Positions 1 through 8,817 of a stretch of 18,720 nucleotides of DNA are shown one piece after another. A program made the translations under genes and the position numbers. Every line of letters begins with the position of its first letter. Positions within the stretch are counted from its first letter, which is position 1. The DNA is taken from positions 1 to 18,720 of IMG/VR virus record IMGVR_UViG_2634166457_000003; one strand, written 5' to 3'. This stretch comes from a virus. Taxonomy: Duplodnaviria; Heunggongvirae; Uroviricota; Caudoviricetes. The notes under the pieces were generated by a model. That model had not been told where the DNA came from and did not search any database. It saw only the letters and a program-made list of their open reading frames with translations.

Positions 1-87
1 GTGGTTTTTTTGTATCCGTGGGATTGTTCGGCTCGCTATACAACTTTGCGAAGCATAGCGGAATTAAAGCAGTTTATACGTAAGAAA

Positions 88-630
88 TCAAGCCATTTTC
101 TCAGCAAATGATTCACGCATGGGAATATATAGGACATACTCAGCAACAGCTAACCAATTAGCGATCCGTTTTTCGCATGTGCTAAAACACCACTCTGGGT
201 GTGCATCATTGAGCAATTCAGCCATTTTACGCTTAGTCATCCCCCGCCCTTCATAGCGTTGCCGGAGAATGCAAATCAATCCTGGATGCTCTGCCAGCAC
301 CTCACTTATGACTCGATCAATACATAACGCCTCTGCATCAGTACAATGCGCCAGCCAGCTCTTTTGCTTGCCGTTGATCATCTCTCTCAAAAACGCTTCC
401 AGCTCAGCTTTCTCTATTCCCGCTTTTTTCATTCTGCGCAGGGCTTCATTGATGGCTGTTTTTGTCATTTTTGGGGATGCCAGCAACTGGTTAAACATAT
501 TCCCTGACCTGCCGCCGCCAATATACGACCAGCGCCCCCACATACGTAGTTTTCCCTGAATCCAGACACTTTCCAGCGTGGTGAGACGAAGGTGTTCTCC
601 GCTTTTTCCTGTATTCGTTGGGTAAATCAT
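88..630 (-). CDS. Putative late-gene antiterminator (Q-like), 180 aa
   Basis: Last gene of the leftward early operon, after the nin-like genes. Start trimmed to ATG at 630 (MIYPT...) preceded by AGGAGG; ATGA overlap with the upstream gene. Family assignment is by position plus a weakly recalled WGRW-type motif. Confidence 0.4.
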   Translation of the reverse strand: MIYPTNTGKSGEHLRLTTLESVWIQGKLRMWGRWSYIGGGRSGNMFNQLLASPKMTKTAINEALRRMKKAGIEKAELEAFLREMINGKQKSWLAHCTDAEALCIDRVISEVLAEHPGLICILRQRYEGRGMTKRKMAELLNDAHPEWCFSTCEKRIANWLAVAEYVLYIPMRESFAEKMA

Positions 631-917
631 AAATATCCCTCCTTTCTCCAGATTTCTTGTGTGCGAAGAACACCTTCTGCATGCATCAGGCGTAATTCTT
701 CTTTGGTGTAATCGATGGTTTTTACCCGCCCGTCGATTAGATCGTGGCATGAGCTACAGGCAATCGCCGCCTGCATATCGTGTGGTTTTGTCGCTGTTCC
801 GCACGTTCCCGCCAGTCGGTAATGCGCCAGCACAGACGTTTCCGGATCGTGATTGCAGTAGCCAGGAATTCTGACGGTGCACACCTGCCCCCGCGCCGCT
901 TTACGTAAATCCACCAT
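627..917 (-). CDS. YbcO-like (DUF1364-type) zinc-binding protein, putative nuclease, 96 aa
   Basis: 96 aa with Cys/His-rich motifs (CTVRIPGYCNHD...ACSSCHD); same length as the recalled DLP12 YbcO; start overlaps the stop of the upstream gene by 1 nt. Confidence 0.5.
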   Translation of the reverse strand: MVDLRKAARGQVCTVRIPGYCNHDPETSVLAHYRLAGTCGTATKPHDMQAAIACSSCHDLIDGRVKTIDYTKEELRLMHAEGVLRTQEIWRKEGYL

Positions 918-1516
918 TACGCAAACTCCAGCAGCTGCGCGGCCACATTTTCGACTTGTTCCGGAGAGGAAAATTTACGGAACAGAATCCAGTTCCACAG
1001 CACATTCAGAACAGATTTATAAACCTGCTGAAACTCGGTTTCGTCCATATTCGCAAAAGCGATGGATTTCGCCCGACGCCCATGGCTACCGTCCGGATAA
1101 AAATGTTCGGTGTAAAATCCAGCCTGAATGGTTACCCACTCGCGAAAAGCCTCAAACGACTTTAGCAATGCCGTATCCCGGGTTCTGCGTGTCGCAACTG
1201 TATTCAGATATTGCTCTGCGGCATCACTCAGGGCTGGCGTGTGTTCCCGACCAACTGATTCGCACAGGTAATCAACGAAACCAGACAGCAGTTCTCGTTC
1301 GCGAGGCGTGATCGCCCCACCGACCGGAGTCCAGTAATCGAATCCCAGTTGCAGGAGTTTGAAAAAACGCTTGTGGAATGCGTAGTTACGCACACGCTTA
1401 AAGTCTGCGTGTATCCACTCACCTATTTTGATTTGATGCAGAAAATCGCAACTCTCCGGCGTCGCCGGGAGAAGTAAACCAGAAGAAGTTTGTTTGACCA
1501 GTTGTATATGCGCCAT
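917..1516 (-). CDS. nin-region phage protein of unknown function (possibly DUF1367-like), 199 aa
   Basis: Long ORF with ATG start, coupled to the downstream YbcO-like gene; the family name is not verifiable from sequence alone. Confidence 0.5.
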   Translation of the reverse strand: MAHIQLVKQTSSGLLLPATPESCDFLHQIKIGEWIHADFKRVRNYAFHKRFFKLLQLGFDYWTPVGGAITPRERELLSGFVDYLCESVGREHTPALSDAAEQYLNTVATRRTRDTALLKSFEAFREWVTIQAGFYTEHFYPDGSHGRRAKSIAFANMDETEFQQVYKSVLNVLWNWILFRKFSSPEQVENVAAQLLEFA

Positions 1517-1979
1517 TTCTCAATCTCTCGATGGCGCAGTGCAGCAGATGCCAGTTGTTCAGGCTGACGTATAAAGTATAAATAAACTGGTTCCAGTGTA
1601 AAGCCCCCACCTTAATGGAATAAAAACCAAACAACAGATTGCTGGGATACAAACAACGCTTATTATTAAAAGCGGTTAAACAAATTAAATTTTAATGTTA
1701 TGCAAATTTGTCAGATCACCATAATATCTCATTTGAAAACCGCTGAAATAACAACCCTATCAGGGTTAATCATATTAAGGTGAGTAAATATGGAAAACAA
1801 CAAATCTGCACATTACGTTCCTTTTTTATCCGTAATACTTTTTGTTTTATGCTGTGCGTGGGCATTATTTTTATAAAAATATTTACAGATGAAGTAAACC
1901 CGCCAATCAGGTTAACTGTGGCTGCGTTGAGGATGCATAATACATCAGAGGTTGCGGGGATTTCTCCCCGCTGGTCCTC

Positions 1980-2135
1980 TTACTCCCCAAGTTCGTAAGC
2001 TGTGAAGACAGCGACCTCCGTCTGGCCGGTTCGGATTCGTACCTCGCAGAGGTCTTTCCTCGTTACCAGTGCCGTCACTATGACGGTTAAACAGATGACG
2101 ATAAGGGCGATTAACATCGCCTTTTGCTGCTTCAT
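1980..2135 (-). CDS. Hok/Gef-family type I toxin, 51 aa (HokD/RelF-like)
   Basis: MKQQKAMLIALIVICLTVIVTALVTRKDLCEVRIRTGQTEVAVFTAYELGE: single transmembrane helix plus the conserved C-terminal CE.R.R....EVA..YE motif of the Hok family. AAGGAG sits 9 nt upstream of the ATG. The track ORF 1980..2192 is an in-frame upstream extension of it. Confidence 0.75.
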   Translation of the reverse strand: MKQQKAMLIALIVICLTVIVTALVTRKDLCEVRIRTGQTEVAVFTAYELGE

Positions 2136-2393
2136 AGCCTGCTTCTCCTTGCCTTTCGGCACGTAAGAGGCTAACCTACATTTGCTAGACATAGATTGGG
2201 CCTCAGATTAATGTTAAGCGTCTTGCAGGACGCGTAATGTTAACTGGGGCTTTTCTCTATCTGCCGTTGGTGGCATGCCCGAGGCAGATAGCCTCAAGCA
2301 CCCGCTGCAATTCTACTTAACTCTTCTTTTCCCGCAAACCGTTTTTATCCAGCACAGCAAATAGCCGCATTAAGCCAATGTTGTTCATTGTGT

Positions 2394-2573
2394 TTACCGC
2401 CAGTATTCAATACAAATGACCGCCATGAATACCCCTACAAAAAGCGCACTTATATGTCCAAATATTAATGTCAAGACATCAACTTCCTCCATCTCCTCCG
2501 CTGTTGCGATGATAGGTATACATGATGCAAACAACCAGATTGCAACAAATAAAAACTGCAATGTCTTTTTCAT
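2394..2573 (-). CDS. Small two-helix membrane protein, 59 aa, hypothetical
   Basis: Start trimmed to ATG (MKKTLQFLFVAIWLF...) preceded by GGGGGA; two hydrophobic helices separated by an acidic loop (TAEEMEEVD). Confidence 0.4.
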   Translation of the reverse strand: MKKTLQFLFVAIWLFASCIPIIATAEEMEEVDVLTLIFGHISALFVGVFMAVICIEYWR

Positions 2574-2688
2574 TATTCCCCCGACAATCAATGAGTAATA
2601 ACATTTAAACATAGATTGACATAATCAGACATAAAAATATCTGGCTGCACATTTTGCTTACATCGTGTTATAGGGAAGATTAAAAAAT

Positions 2689-3252
2689 TCACCGCAAAAC
2701 ATCCGCCGCGCTTACCAGTCCATTTCGCTTCAGGTAGTCCATCGCTTTATCCGGTAATTTGCAGTCCGACTTCACTTTCTTCAACTGGCTGACCAATTGC
2801 TTAACCAGCATGGTTAATTCATTAATCTGTTTGCCTGGTACTGGTGGATTGTCGGTTGCACCATGACTGGCAGTACAGTTAGCACTCCCTCCCTTCTCCT
2901 CCTGCAGCGGTTCAGGTAACGCTTCCAGTGATGTTTTTACAAACCACGCTGCCTGAACTATAACGCCATGAATCCAGCGCAAATCAGCATCGCGATCTTT
3001 CTTTTTCATCTTCTCGCCACTTAAAGCCTGGCTTATGTGACTGCGTACCAGGTCTTCATGTAACTCCTTCGCATCCTCAATGGTGAAACCACCAGGTAAA
3101 CGCCCCAGAGTTACCGGAGAGTTGCCAGCCTTGCGCATGGCAATTTCCACGATTTCAACCATATCTTCTGGTGGAATTTTACAATGCTGGCCAATATGCC
3201 TCTGCTGTCTGGCATACTCGAGGATGTGCTCCAGCTTGGTTCGATTAATCAT
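2689..3252 (-). CDS. Hypothetical phage protein, 187 aa
   Basis: ORF with ATG start overlapping the upstream stop (ATGA), consistent with translational coupling; no motif recognised. Confidence 0.6.
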   Translation of the reverse strand: MINRTKLEHILEYARQQRHIGQHCKIPPEDMVEIVEIAMRKAGNSPVTLGRLPGGFTIEDAKELHEDLVRSHISQALSGEKMKKKDRDADLRWIHGVIVQAAWFVKTSLEALPEPLQEEKGGSANCTASHGATDNPPVPGKQINELTMLVKQLVSQLKKVKSDCKLPDKAMDYLKRNGLVSAADVLR

Positions 3253-3728
3253 GATTTATCTCCCTTAAGCATGGCGGCGCGGCAGGCGTTAAGCGCGTTT
3301 TGCACGCGTTTAGCGTTCTGTACTTCGTATTTAGGTGCGGCTGCCAATGCCCATAGCCAACCAATTTCATAGCTATCAGCTTTTGATAGAGCACATTCCA
3401 TTTCCAGTGTTATTTTCTTAGGTACGAGTTGCCAATCATCTGGCACTACTGGCGCTGGTGCCCCAGACAGCAAAGCATCAGCCATACACATAGCTTCCAG
3501 TCCCGTAGCCTCCGCGATACCGTCACGAATAAGCTCAAGCCCCTCTTTTGTTAATAGTTTCATTCCTTTATACATGACGGGCACTAGCGGTTCTGTTTCC
3601 AGCGATGCCAGTGCAATTTTGAATAACTCACCCTCTACTCGTGCCACGCCTGAATTGGGATGGCATTTCGCAATCGCTATTTTTAATTTAGCTTCTTCAA
3701 TTAATTGTTCTTTTGTTAATTCAGCCAT
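3249..3728 (-). CDS. Hypothetical phage protein, 159 aa
   Basis: ORF in the operon frame series; Shine-Dalgarno weak; no motif recognised. Confidence 0.55.
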   Translation of the reverse strand: MAELTKEQLIEEAKLKIAIAKCHPNSGVARVEGELFKIALASLETEPLVPVMYKGMKLLTKEGLELIRDGIAEATGLEAMCMADALLSGAPAPVVPDDWQLVPKKITLEMECALSKADSYEIGWLWALAAAPKYEVQNAKRVQNALNACRAAMLKGDKS

Positions 3729-3821
3729 TTTTCACTACCGCCCTTTCAGGCGCTCCTGATGTTCTGAGGGTGCAGAAATCCCTCCGGTTAAGGATTAAAT
3801 TTTTAACAGTGCTAAATTTAA

Positions 3822-4178
3822 TTATTCAGTTCTGGATTTTGTCGCTCTGCGTATCCCCGCTTTTGCGTTACGCTCAATCTGAATTAACTTTTCTATATTT
3901 TTCCGCCTTTCCTGTTCCTCCTGGCGCAATAGCCTTACATCCTCTGCCAGTCTGGTTTCTCTTTTCGCCACAGAGAGCATCCAGCCAAACGGCTCCACAA
4001 CTGCACTGCAGATTTTACAGCGGACCTGACGCTCTTTTTCATCAACCCGGACAGAAGCGTGATGGCAATATGGTCTTTCCGATGGCTCATAAAGAAAATT
4101 AACCTGATTACGTGGGTCATCTTCTTTTACCGGAAATAAAACAATATTACTTAACTCATCTTCTGGTTTTATTTCCAC
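3822..4178 (-). CDS. Hypothetical Cys/His-rich (zinc-ribbon-like) protein, about 118 aa
   Basis: GTG start at 4178 preceded by AAGGAG with 6-nt spacing; alternative ATG start at 4211 would overlap the upstream gene. Motif PYCHH...CKIC. Confidence 0.5.
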   Translation of the reverse strand: MEIKPEDELSNIVLFPVKEDDPRNQVNFLYEPSERPYCHHASVRVDEKERQVRCKICSAVVEPFGWMLSVAKRETRLAEDVRLLRQEEQERRKNIEKLIQIERNAKAGIRRATKSRTE

Positions 4179-4179
4179 G

Positions 4180-4491
4180 TCACTCTCCTTTGATGCGAAT
4201 GCCAGCAACACGTAGTGCGCGCTCTAAATCAGCCAGATAAATCCAGCTGCCATTTTCCTTAGGTATCATGACATGGCGCTCATCAGCATTTATCGGGTGT
4301 CCATATCGAAGTTCATAGCCAGCCGGTAGCTGGACTTCCCTTGCCTCCAGTTCTGCAATGCGCTTGTCTTTGGCTTCCAGTTCATCAAGAACCTTTTTTA
4401 TGGCTGGTGAATGTGTCGCATAACTCGCAGCCGGACCGGCAAGCATTATCCTGAGCTGCGTTTTCGCTTTTTCCGTGTTCATTTGGTTCAT
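4180..4491 (-). CDS. Hypothetical phage protein, 103 aa
   Basis: ATG-initiated ORF in the operon; coiled-coil-like middle region (ELEAKDKRIAELEARE). Confidence 0.55.
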   Translation of the reverse strand: MNQMNTEKAKTQLRIMLAGPAASYATHSPAIKKVLDELEAKDKRIAELEAREVQLPAGYELRYGHPINADERHVMIPKENGSWIYLADLERALRVAGIRIKGE

Positions 4492-4506
4492 TACCTTATT
4501 TAGTGG

Positions 4507-4914
4507 CTATATTCCCCAATAGAACGTTAGTATACGCTGCATAACTTCGCTTTCCCGGCACTCGCTACAGATTATGTTCTGACGCCTGTCATAACGACGT
4601 ATTTCTCCGTCTGGTAATGACCAGATAAGGTCCGGATCAACCACAGATGTTTTTTTCTTCAGCTTTGCCCTTGAGAGTTTTTTGCGGGCATTTTGCCAGT
4701 CCTTACGAGCCTGTTCTGACGGGAATAACCCGTAGCCAGAGCTGTATACATCACCACTGACAACCAGCTCTCTTGCAAGAACGCTCATCAGATATCTTGT
4801 CGCACCTGTTTTAGCTTCCAGTTGCCGTAACGTCTCACGACCGCTCTGGCGCACGAGTTCCACCACCTGCCTTTTAATTTTTTCCCGCTCTTCTTGTGTA
4901 AATACTTTTGCCAT
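4507..4914 (-). CDS. Hypothetical phage protein, 135 aa
   Basis: Start trimmed to ATG (MAKVFTQ...) 8 nt downstream of GGAGG; basic C-terminal segment. Confidence 0.55.
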   Translation of the reverse strand: MAKVFTQEEREKIKRQVVELVRQSGRETLRQLEAKTGATRYLMSVLARELVVSGDVYSSGYGLFPSEQARKDWQNARKKLSRAKLKKKTSVVDPDLIWSLPDGEIRRYDRRQNIICSECRESEVMQRILTFYWGI

Positions 4915-4929
4915 AAGCGCCTCCGGCAA

Positions 4930-5691
4930 TCACTTTTCCGACACAATACGACTGGAGGAATCGACAATCTGTCGAACAATATCCCGGTGCTTGTTCAGCT
5001 CCCGTAGCGCGGCGCAGACTCGCTCCCACTTCTGGACATGACTTTTCGCCCGGCGCAGTTCGCGGTTTGCCATATGCAGCGATGGTAAAATCAGGTCATT
5101 GGCTCGCGTTTCAGTGAACGATGGTAGTGACTGCACAATGTCCCCCATAGTATCTGTTTTAATTTCTTCCTGTGTTGCCGCTTCCTGTGCTGGTAACGCA
5201 ACACCGGCTGGCTGAGGAAAGGCTTTACCATCAGTTTCCGCTACCGATGCAGCTTTCGGCTCTGCTGGTAAATTATCGCCCGGCATGCAGTAACGAAATT
5301 TACCGTTCTGATTAACGCGAATCAGACGACCTTTACTGATTGCCATTGCCAGCGTTGAAGCCACTTTGCGTGATGTGATGCCGAAAAACGTAGCCAGTTC
5401 ATCCGCCGTTTGTGGGCCACGTTGTTCAATCGTCGCAGTTAAATCGCACTCCGAAATTTTTGCGACTGTTGCCGTGGTGGTTTCTTCCGGCAGTTCTGCC
5501 TGCTCTGGCTGTTCCTGCTGAACGTTGTTATCAGCCACACGCCAGGTGTATACGCTTTTATCAACGAAACCAGCCTTTTTCAGTTCCCACAGCTCGTTCA
5601 GTACCTCTTCACGACTGATATCAAGTCGCGCAGCCAGTTCTACCGACGTGGCTTTTCCCATTGCTTTCAGTGCGTCAAAAACAGTCTCCAT
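4930..5691 (-). CDS. YdaW-like putative DNA-binding protein, 253 aa
   Basis: Start trimmed to ATG (METVFDALK...) preceded by GGGAGG; two winged-helix-like segments. Lies immediately downstream of ydaV, where K-12 Rac carries the ydaW remnant. Confidence 0.55.
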   Translation of the reverse strand: METVFDALKAMGKATSVELAARLDISREEVLNELWELKKAGFVDKSVYTWRVADNNVQQEQPEQAELPEETTTATVAKISECDLTATIEQRGPQTADELATFFGITSRKVASTLAMAISKGRLIRVNQNGKFRYCMPGDNLPAEPKAASVAETDGKAFPQPAGVALPAQEAATQEEIKTDTMGDIVQSLPSFTETRANDLILPSLHMANRELRRAKSHVQKWERVCAALRELNKHRDIVRQIVDSSSRIVSEK

Positions 5692-5713
5692 TAAAATTTC
5701 CTCCCGGTAAAAA

Positions 5714-6460
5714 TCACTTCGCAATTCCTGGCTGGACGACATTCGGACGCCAGCTCTCCCAGTTAAAATTCACCCAGCGTCCGCCGTTCATGGTCATGCG
5801 ATCCATAATCCGCTCGCCGAGCAATGTTTTCATCGCCTCATAGTTCAGGTTTGTCAGCATCCCCACGCTGCGCATCGACGCTGTCCGGCGATCAACAATC
5901 TGGTGCAGCACCACCTGCTCGTTTTTTGTCTCGCGCTGAATGCCAATTTCATCAAGAACCAGCAGATCCACTTGGCACAGTTCCCGCAAAAATTTTTCGC
6001 CTGATTGCCCGTCGTCATAGCTGGCGTGTAGAGCACTCATGACATCAGCCACGGTAACCACAATCACTGTCTGGCCATCTTTCAGCAGGCGATTCCCGAT
6101 AGCCGCCGCCAGATGGTTTTTTCCGGTACCAGGTTTTCCGCTGAACGCAAAATTTGTACACCCGGTCATCAGTTCATCAGCGATAGATTTCGCCTGGTTC
6201 AACGCGTATCGCTGACCGTCGTTCTGCACCTGGTAATTCGCAAACGAGCATTTGCGGTGCAATGGCTGGATGCCAGAGCGATTCAGAATTTTTTCCACCC
6301 GCAACTGACGATTCTGACGGTTGATCTCCTCACAACGTTTCTGGCCTTCGGAAAGTTGCCACTCGCGCCACTCCGCTACCGTTTTGAATGGGGCGGTTAC
6401 ATGTGGCGGGGCCAGTCTGCGGATACGTTCAAGAATGCCGCCTGCCGCAATATTTTTCAT
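5714..6460 (-). CDS. ydaV: DnaC/IstB-like AAA+ replication helicase-loader (YdaV), 248 aa
   Basis: Walker A motif [16 protein letters not shown]; length and sequence match the recalled K-12 YdaV; follows the O-like gene. Confidence 0.85.
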   Translation of the reverse strand: MKNIAAGGILERIRRLAPPHVTAPFKTVAEWREWQLSEGQKRCEEINRQNRQLRVEKILNRSGIQPLHRKCSFANYQVQNDGQRYALNQAKSIADELMTGCTNFAFSGKPGTGKNHLAAAIGNRLLKDGQTVIVVTVADVMSALHASYDDGQSGEKFLRELCQVDLLVLDEIGIQRETKNEQVVLHQIVDRRTASMRSVGMLTNLNYEAMKTLLGERIMDRMTMNGGRWVNFNWESWRPNVVQPGIAK

Positions 6461-6466
6461 GGTCAG

Positions 6467-7324
6467 TTACCCCCTGAAGCCTGGCGGGATCGCACTATCC
6501 GGTAACGAGACGGTGTTAACCTGTCGGAGTAACGTCTCAGGTCGAACACCTTTTGGCGCGAACAAGCCCTGGTATTCATTGGCGATGCTGTGTCGAATCA
6601 CCTGCTCAGGTGAAAAACCCTGCTGGCGGAATTTTTCCAGCTCCCGTATCGCCCCGTTAGCGCCCTGCTCCGTTCGAATCGGTTTACGCAATGCCTGGCG
6701 AAATTCAACCCACTCACGCCAAAGCGAGACAGAAATCCAGTTCGGCAAAGCAATATCCAGAGGGTCAAACTTTTTGACACCTCGATTACCCCGGGGGGGA
6801 TTTAGGGGGGGATCTGTTTTTAGATCTTTATCTGTATCTTTATTAGTTGCCTTTGTGTTGACATCATGTTCAAACACCACTTCAACATCTGTTTGAACAC
6901 CTGTTAAATTTCTCTCTTGTTTTGTTTGAACATCTGCTTCCTTTCTGCTTCTTCTGGCCTGAACCGATGCTTTTCCTGCGGCTGATTTTTTGGTTAATTT
7001 TTCCCTGACTGATGCCAGATCTTCCTCAATCCGAAGATGCACCCATTCCTCGCCGTTATCGCAAAAAAACTCCCGCAAGGATGGTTCAACATCAGCCCAT
7101 CGCTCGTTAGTCAGGCGGGCAATTTTTGCCAGCCTGTTTTTAGGTATTGGCTTTCCTGTTTGCCAGTAATTGAACATCAGCAACAAATACGCACCATGCT
7201 CCTCTGCTGACAAATGCATGGTGTCAGCCAGGTAATCAGCTATGTACAGTTGCATGTATGGTAATGCGGCCATAATTGCCCCGTATGATGCTGCCCGGTG
7301 GCTTAGAATAAGCACAAACAGCAT
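6467..7324 (-). CDS. ydaU: Phage replication initiation protein (YdaU, O-like), 285 aa
   Basis: 285 aa ORF with ATG start; position between the cII-like and DnaC-like genes; matches recalled K-12 YdaU length. Confidence 0.8.
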   Translation of the reverse strand: MLFVLILSHRAASYGAIMAALPYMQLYIADYLADTMHLSAEEHGAYLLLMFNYWQTGKPIPKNRLAKIARLTNERWADVEPSLREFFCDNGEEWVHLRIEEDLASVREKLTKKSAAGKASVQARRSRKEADVQTKQERNLTGVQTDVEVVFEHDVNTKATNKDTDKDLKTDPPLNPPRGNRGVKKFDPLDIALPNWISVSLWREWVEFRQALRKPIRTEQGANGAIRELEKFRQQGFSPEQVIRHSIANEYQGLFAPKGVRPETLLRQVNTVSLPDSAIPPGFRG

Positions 7325-7336
7325 GGAAACTTTTGC

Positions 7337-7759
7337 TTAATGAACAATGACAGAATCGTCGGAAGACCCGCCGCCGCTGAAATGCGCTTTCCGGTAAACG
7401 GCTTGGACTGCATCATCATGCGCATCAATTGCCGTACTTAACGCTTCCTGCGCCGCCAGTAATGCACGGCGTTCCAAGGTATCGAAGATGTAGAGTCGGT
7501 GACGCAGATCGCGCGGAAGGATTGCCAGAATTGCTGGGATCAGCTTCTGAATTTTTTCTCTTTGCGTTTTTGTTTCACCTTTCAACCAACGGTGATAGAT
7601 ATTCTGCTGATTGTTCCAGTCCTTGCCTGGAACCAGGGGCAATTCGCAGTCCCCCTGGCGCAGATATTCTTCAGTAATTGCATTGGCTACCCATGCCTGC
7701 CCTTTTTCGGCTGCCAGGGCAAACAACACTGATTCGATGTGCTCATGCTTGATTTTCAT
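7337..7759 (-). CDS. ydaT: YdaT (cII-like early regulator/toxin), 140 aa
   Basis: 140 aa, immediately downstream of the cro-like ydaS; matches recalled K-12 Rac YdaT. Confidence 0.8.
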   Translation of the reverse strand: MKIKHEHIESVLFALAAEKGQAWVANAITEEYLRQGDCELPLVPGKDWNNQQNIYHRWLKGETKTQREKIQKLIPAILAILPRDLRHRLYIFDTLERRALLAAQEALSTAIDAHDDAVQAVYRKAHFSGGGSSDDSVIVH

Positions 7760-7781
7760 GAATCATTTGCCTCTTGATGTT

Positions 7782-8078
7782 TCAGGTATGATCAAATGAG
7801 GATTTGTTACTGTCTTTTAGTTGCTTCACTGACATATTCTGCGAACAACATGCCGAACGTCGTAAATATGACCAGTCAATATCAGGACGAAGTTCTTCGC
7901 ACAGAACCTCACCTCTTGTTGCACGTTCAATTGCTGGACATCTCTCGGCAGGCAATTGACGTACCCCTTTGATCCATTGATTTACGCTTGGAGGTGATAC
8001 ACCTAAAAGCCTAGCCATTGCTGATTGCCCACCGACAACAGCACAAGCTTGCTTGAATGAATAGTTCTCTTTTTTCAT
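7782..8078 (-). CDS. ydaS: YdaS (Cro-like HTH regulator/toxin), 98 aa
   Basis: Helix-turn-helix segment (QACAVVGGQSAMARLLGVSPPSVNQWIKG); divergent from racR; GGAG 9 nt upstream of the ATG. Confidence 0.8.
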   Translation of the reverse strand: MKKENYSFKQACAVVGGQSAMARLLGVSPPSVNQWIKGVRQLPAERCPAIERATRGEVLCEELRPDIDWSYLRRSACCSQNMSVKQLKDSNKSSFDHT

Positions 8079-8104
8079 CGAATGAACTCCAAAAACACAC
8101 AGGA

Positions 8105-8134
8105 ATATTAGGCGACGCCTAACGCAAATGTCAA
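8105..8134 (-). promoter_or_regulatory. pR-like sigma70 promoter for ydaS (TTGACA-18-TAATAT on minus strand)
   Basis: On the minus strand, -35 TTGACA (8129-8134) and -10 TAATAT (8105-8110), about 25 nt upstream of the ydaS start; overlapped by TTAGGC-type operator half-sites. Confidence 0.55.
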
Positions 8135-8190
8135 TAGGCTATGCCTAATGCGATAAAGGTAGGGATTGCCTAATGTAATGCGCATAGGAG
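8107..8190. promoter_or_regulatory. Operator cluster (OR-like) between ydaS and racR
   Basis: Repeated dyads built from TTAGGC / GCCTAA half-sites: TTAGGCGACGCCTAA (8108-8122), ATAGGCTATGCCTAAT (8134-8149), and a weaker GCCTAAT-containing site near 8166-8186. Confidence 0.6.
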
Positions 8191-8201
8191 AATATTAAGC
8201 A

Positions 8202-8678
8202 ATGCTTAGTGGTAAAGACTTAGGCCGAGCGATAGAGCAGGCCATTAACAAAAAAATCGCATCGGGATCCGTCAAATCAAAGGCGGAGGTCGCACGCCAC
8301 TTCAAAGTCCAACCACCATCAATTTATGACTGGATTAAGAAAGGCTCTATAAGTAAAGATAAACTTCCAGAATTATGGCGTTTCTTTTCTGATGTTGTTG
8401 GTCCAGAGCATTGGGGGCTTAACGAATACCCCATACCAACCCCCACCAATTCAGATACAAAAAGTGAACTTTTAGATATAAACAACCTTTATCAAGCAGC
8501 CTCTGATGAAATAAGAGCGATTGTAGCTTTCCTGTTATCTGGAAATGCTACAGAACCAGATTGGGTTGACCACGATGTTCGCGCCTACATAGCAGCGATG
8601 GAAATGAAAGTGGGTAAGTATCTGAAAGCTCTAGAATCTGAACGGAAAAGCCAGAACATCACAAAAACTGGAACTTAA
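8202..8678 (+). CDS. racR: Prophage repressor RacR (CI-like), 158 aa
   Basis: 158 aa; divergent from the cro-like ydaS; flanked on both sides by operator dyads; AGGAG upstream of the ATG; matches recalled K-12 RacR. Confidence 0.85.
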   Translation: MLSGKDLGRAIEQAINKKIASGSVKSKAEVARHFKVQPPSIYDWIKKGSISKDKLPELWRFFSDVVGPEHWGLNEYPIPTPTNSDTKSELLDINNLYQAASDEIRAIVAFLLSGNATEPDWVDHDVRAYIAAMEMKVGKYLKALESERKSQNITKTGT

Positions 8679-8749
8679 ACTTATATGGTCTGACGGAAAA
8701 CTCCTGGATTCCGTTATTTAACCCCCCCATCACTTTCTGCTGTCGCCAT

Positions 8750-8817
8750 CACCTATTAGGTTACGCTCAAAACATTAGGCATAGCCTATTGACAATCAAT
8801 TAGGCATTACCTATAGT
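8750..8817. promoter_or_regulatory. Operator cluster (OL-like) downstream of racR
   Basis: ATTAGGCATAGCCTAT (8774-8789) is the exact reverse complement of the OR-side site at 8134-8149; additional TTAGGCATTACCTAT (8799-8813) and CCTATTAGG (8752-8760). Confidence 0.6.
8789..8817 (+). promoter_or_regulatory. pL-like sigma70 promoter for the ydaG-to-intR operon (TTGACA-17-TATAGT)
   Basis: Consensus -35 TTGACA (8789-8794), 17-nt spacer, -10 TATAGT (8812-8817); operator half-sites overlap the -35 and the spacer. Confidence 0.6.

Noticed and set aside
1954-1971. Hairpin after the hok stop as a classical intrinsic terminator
   Set aside because: No U-run follows on either strand; more likely a 3' structural element of the hok mRNA.
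1780-1998. 72-aa + strand track ORF
   Set aside because: Begins on an alternative start codon and runs antisense into the hok 3' region; only the separate 28-codon ATG frame at 1790-1876 with a strong Shine-Dalgarno was kept, as a low-confidence finding.
6113-6896. Plus-strand ORFs 6113..6505 and 6321..6896 (130 and 191 aa)
   Set aside because: Antisense to ydaV and ydaU, which have clear motifs and lengths; no independent support.
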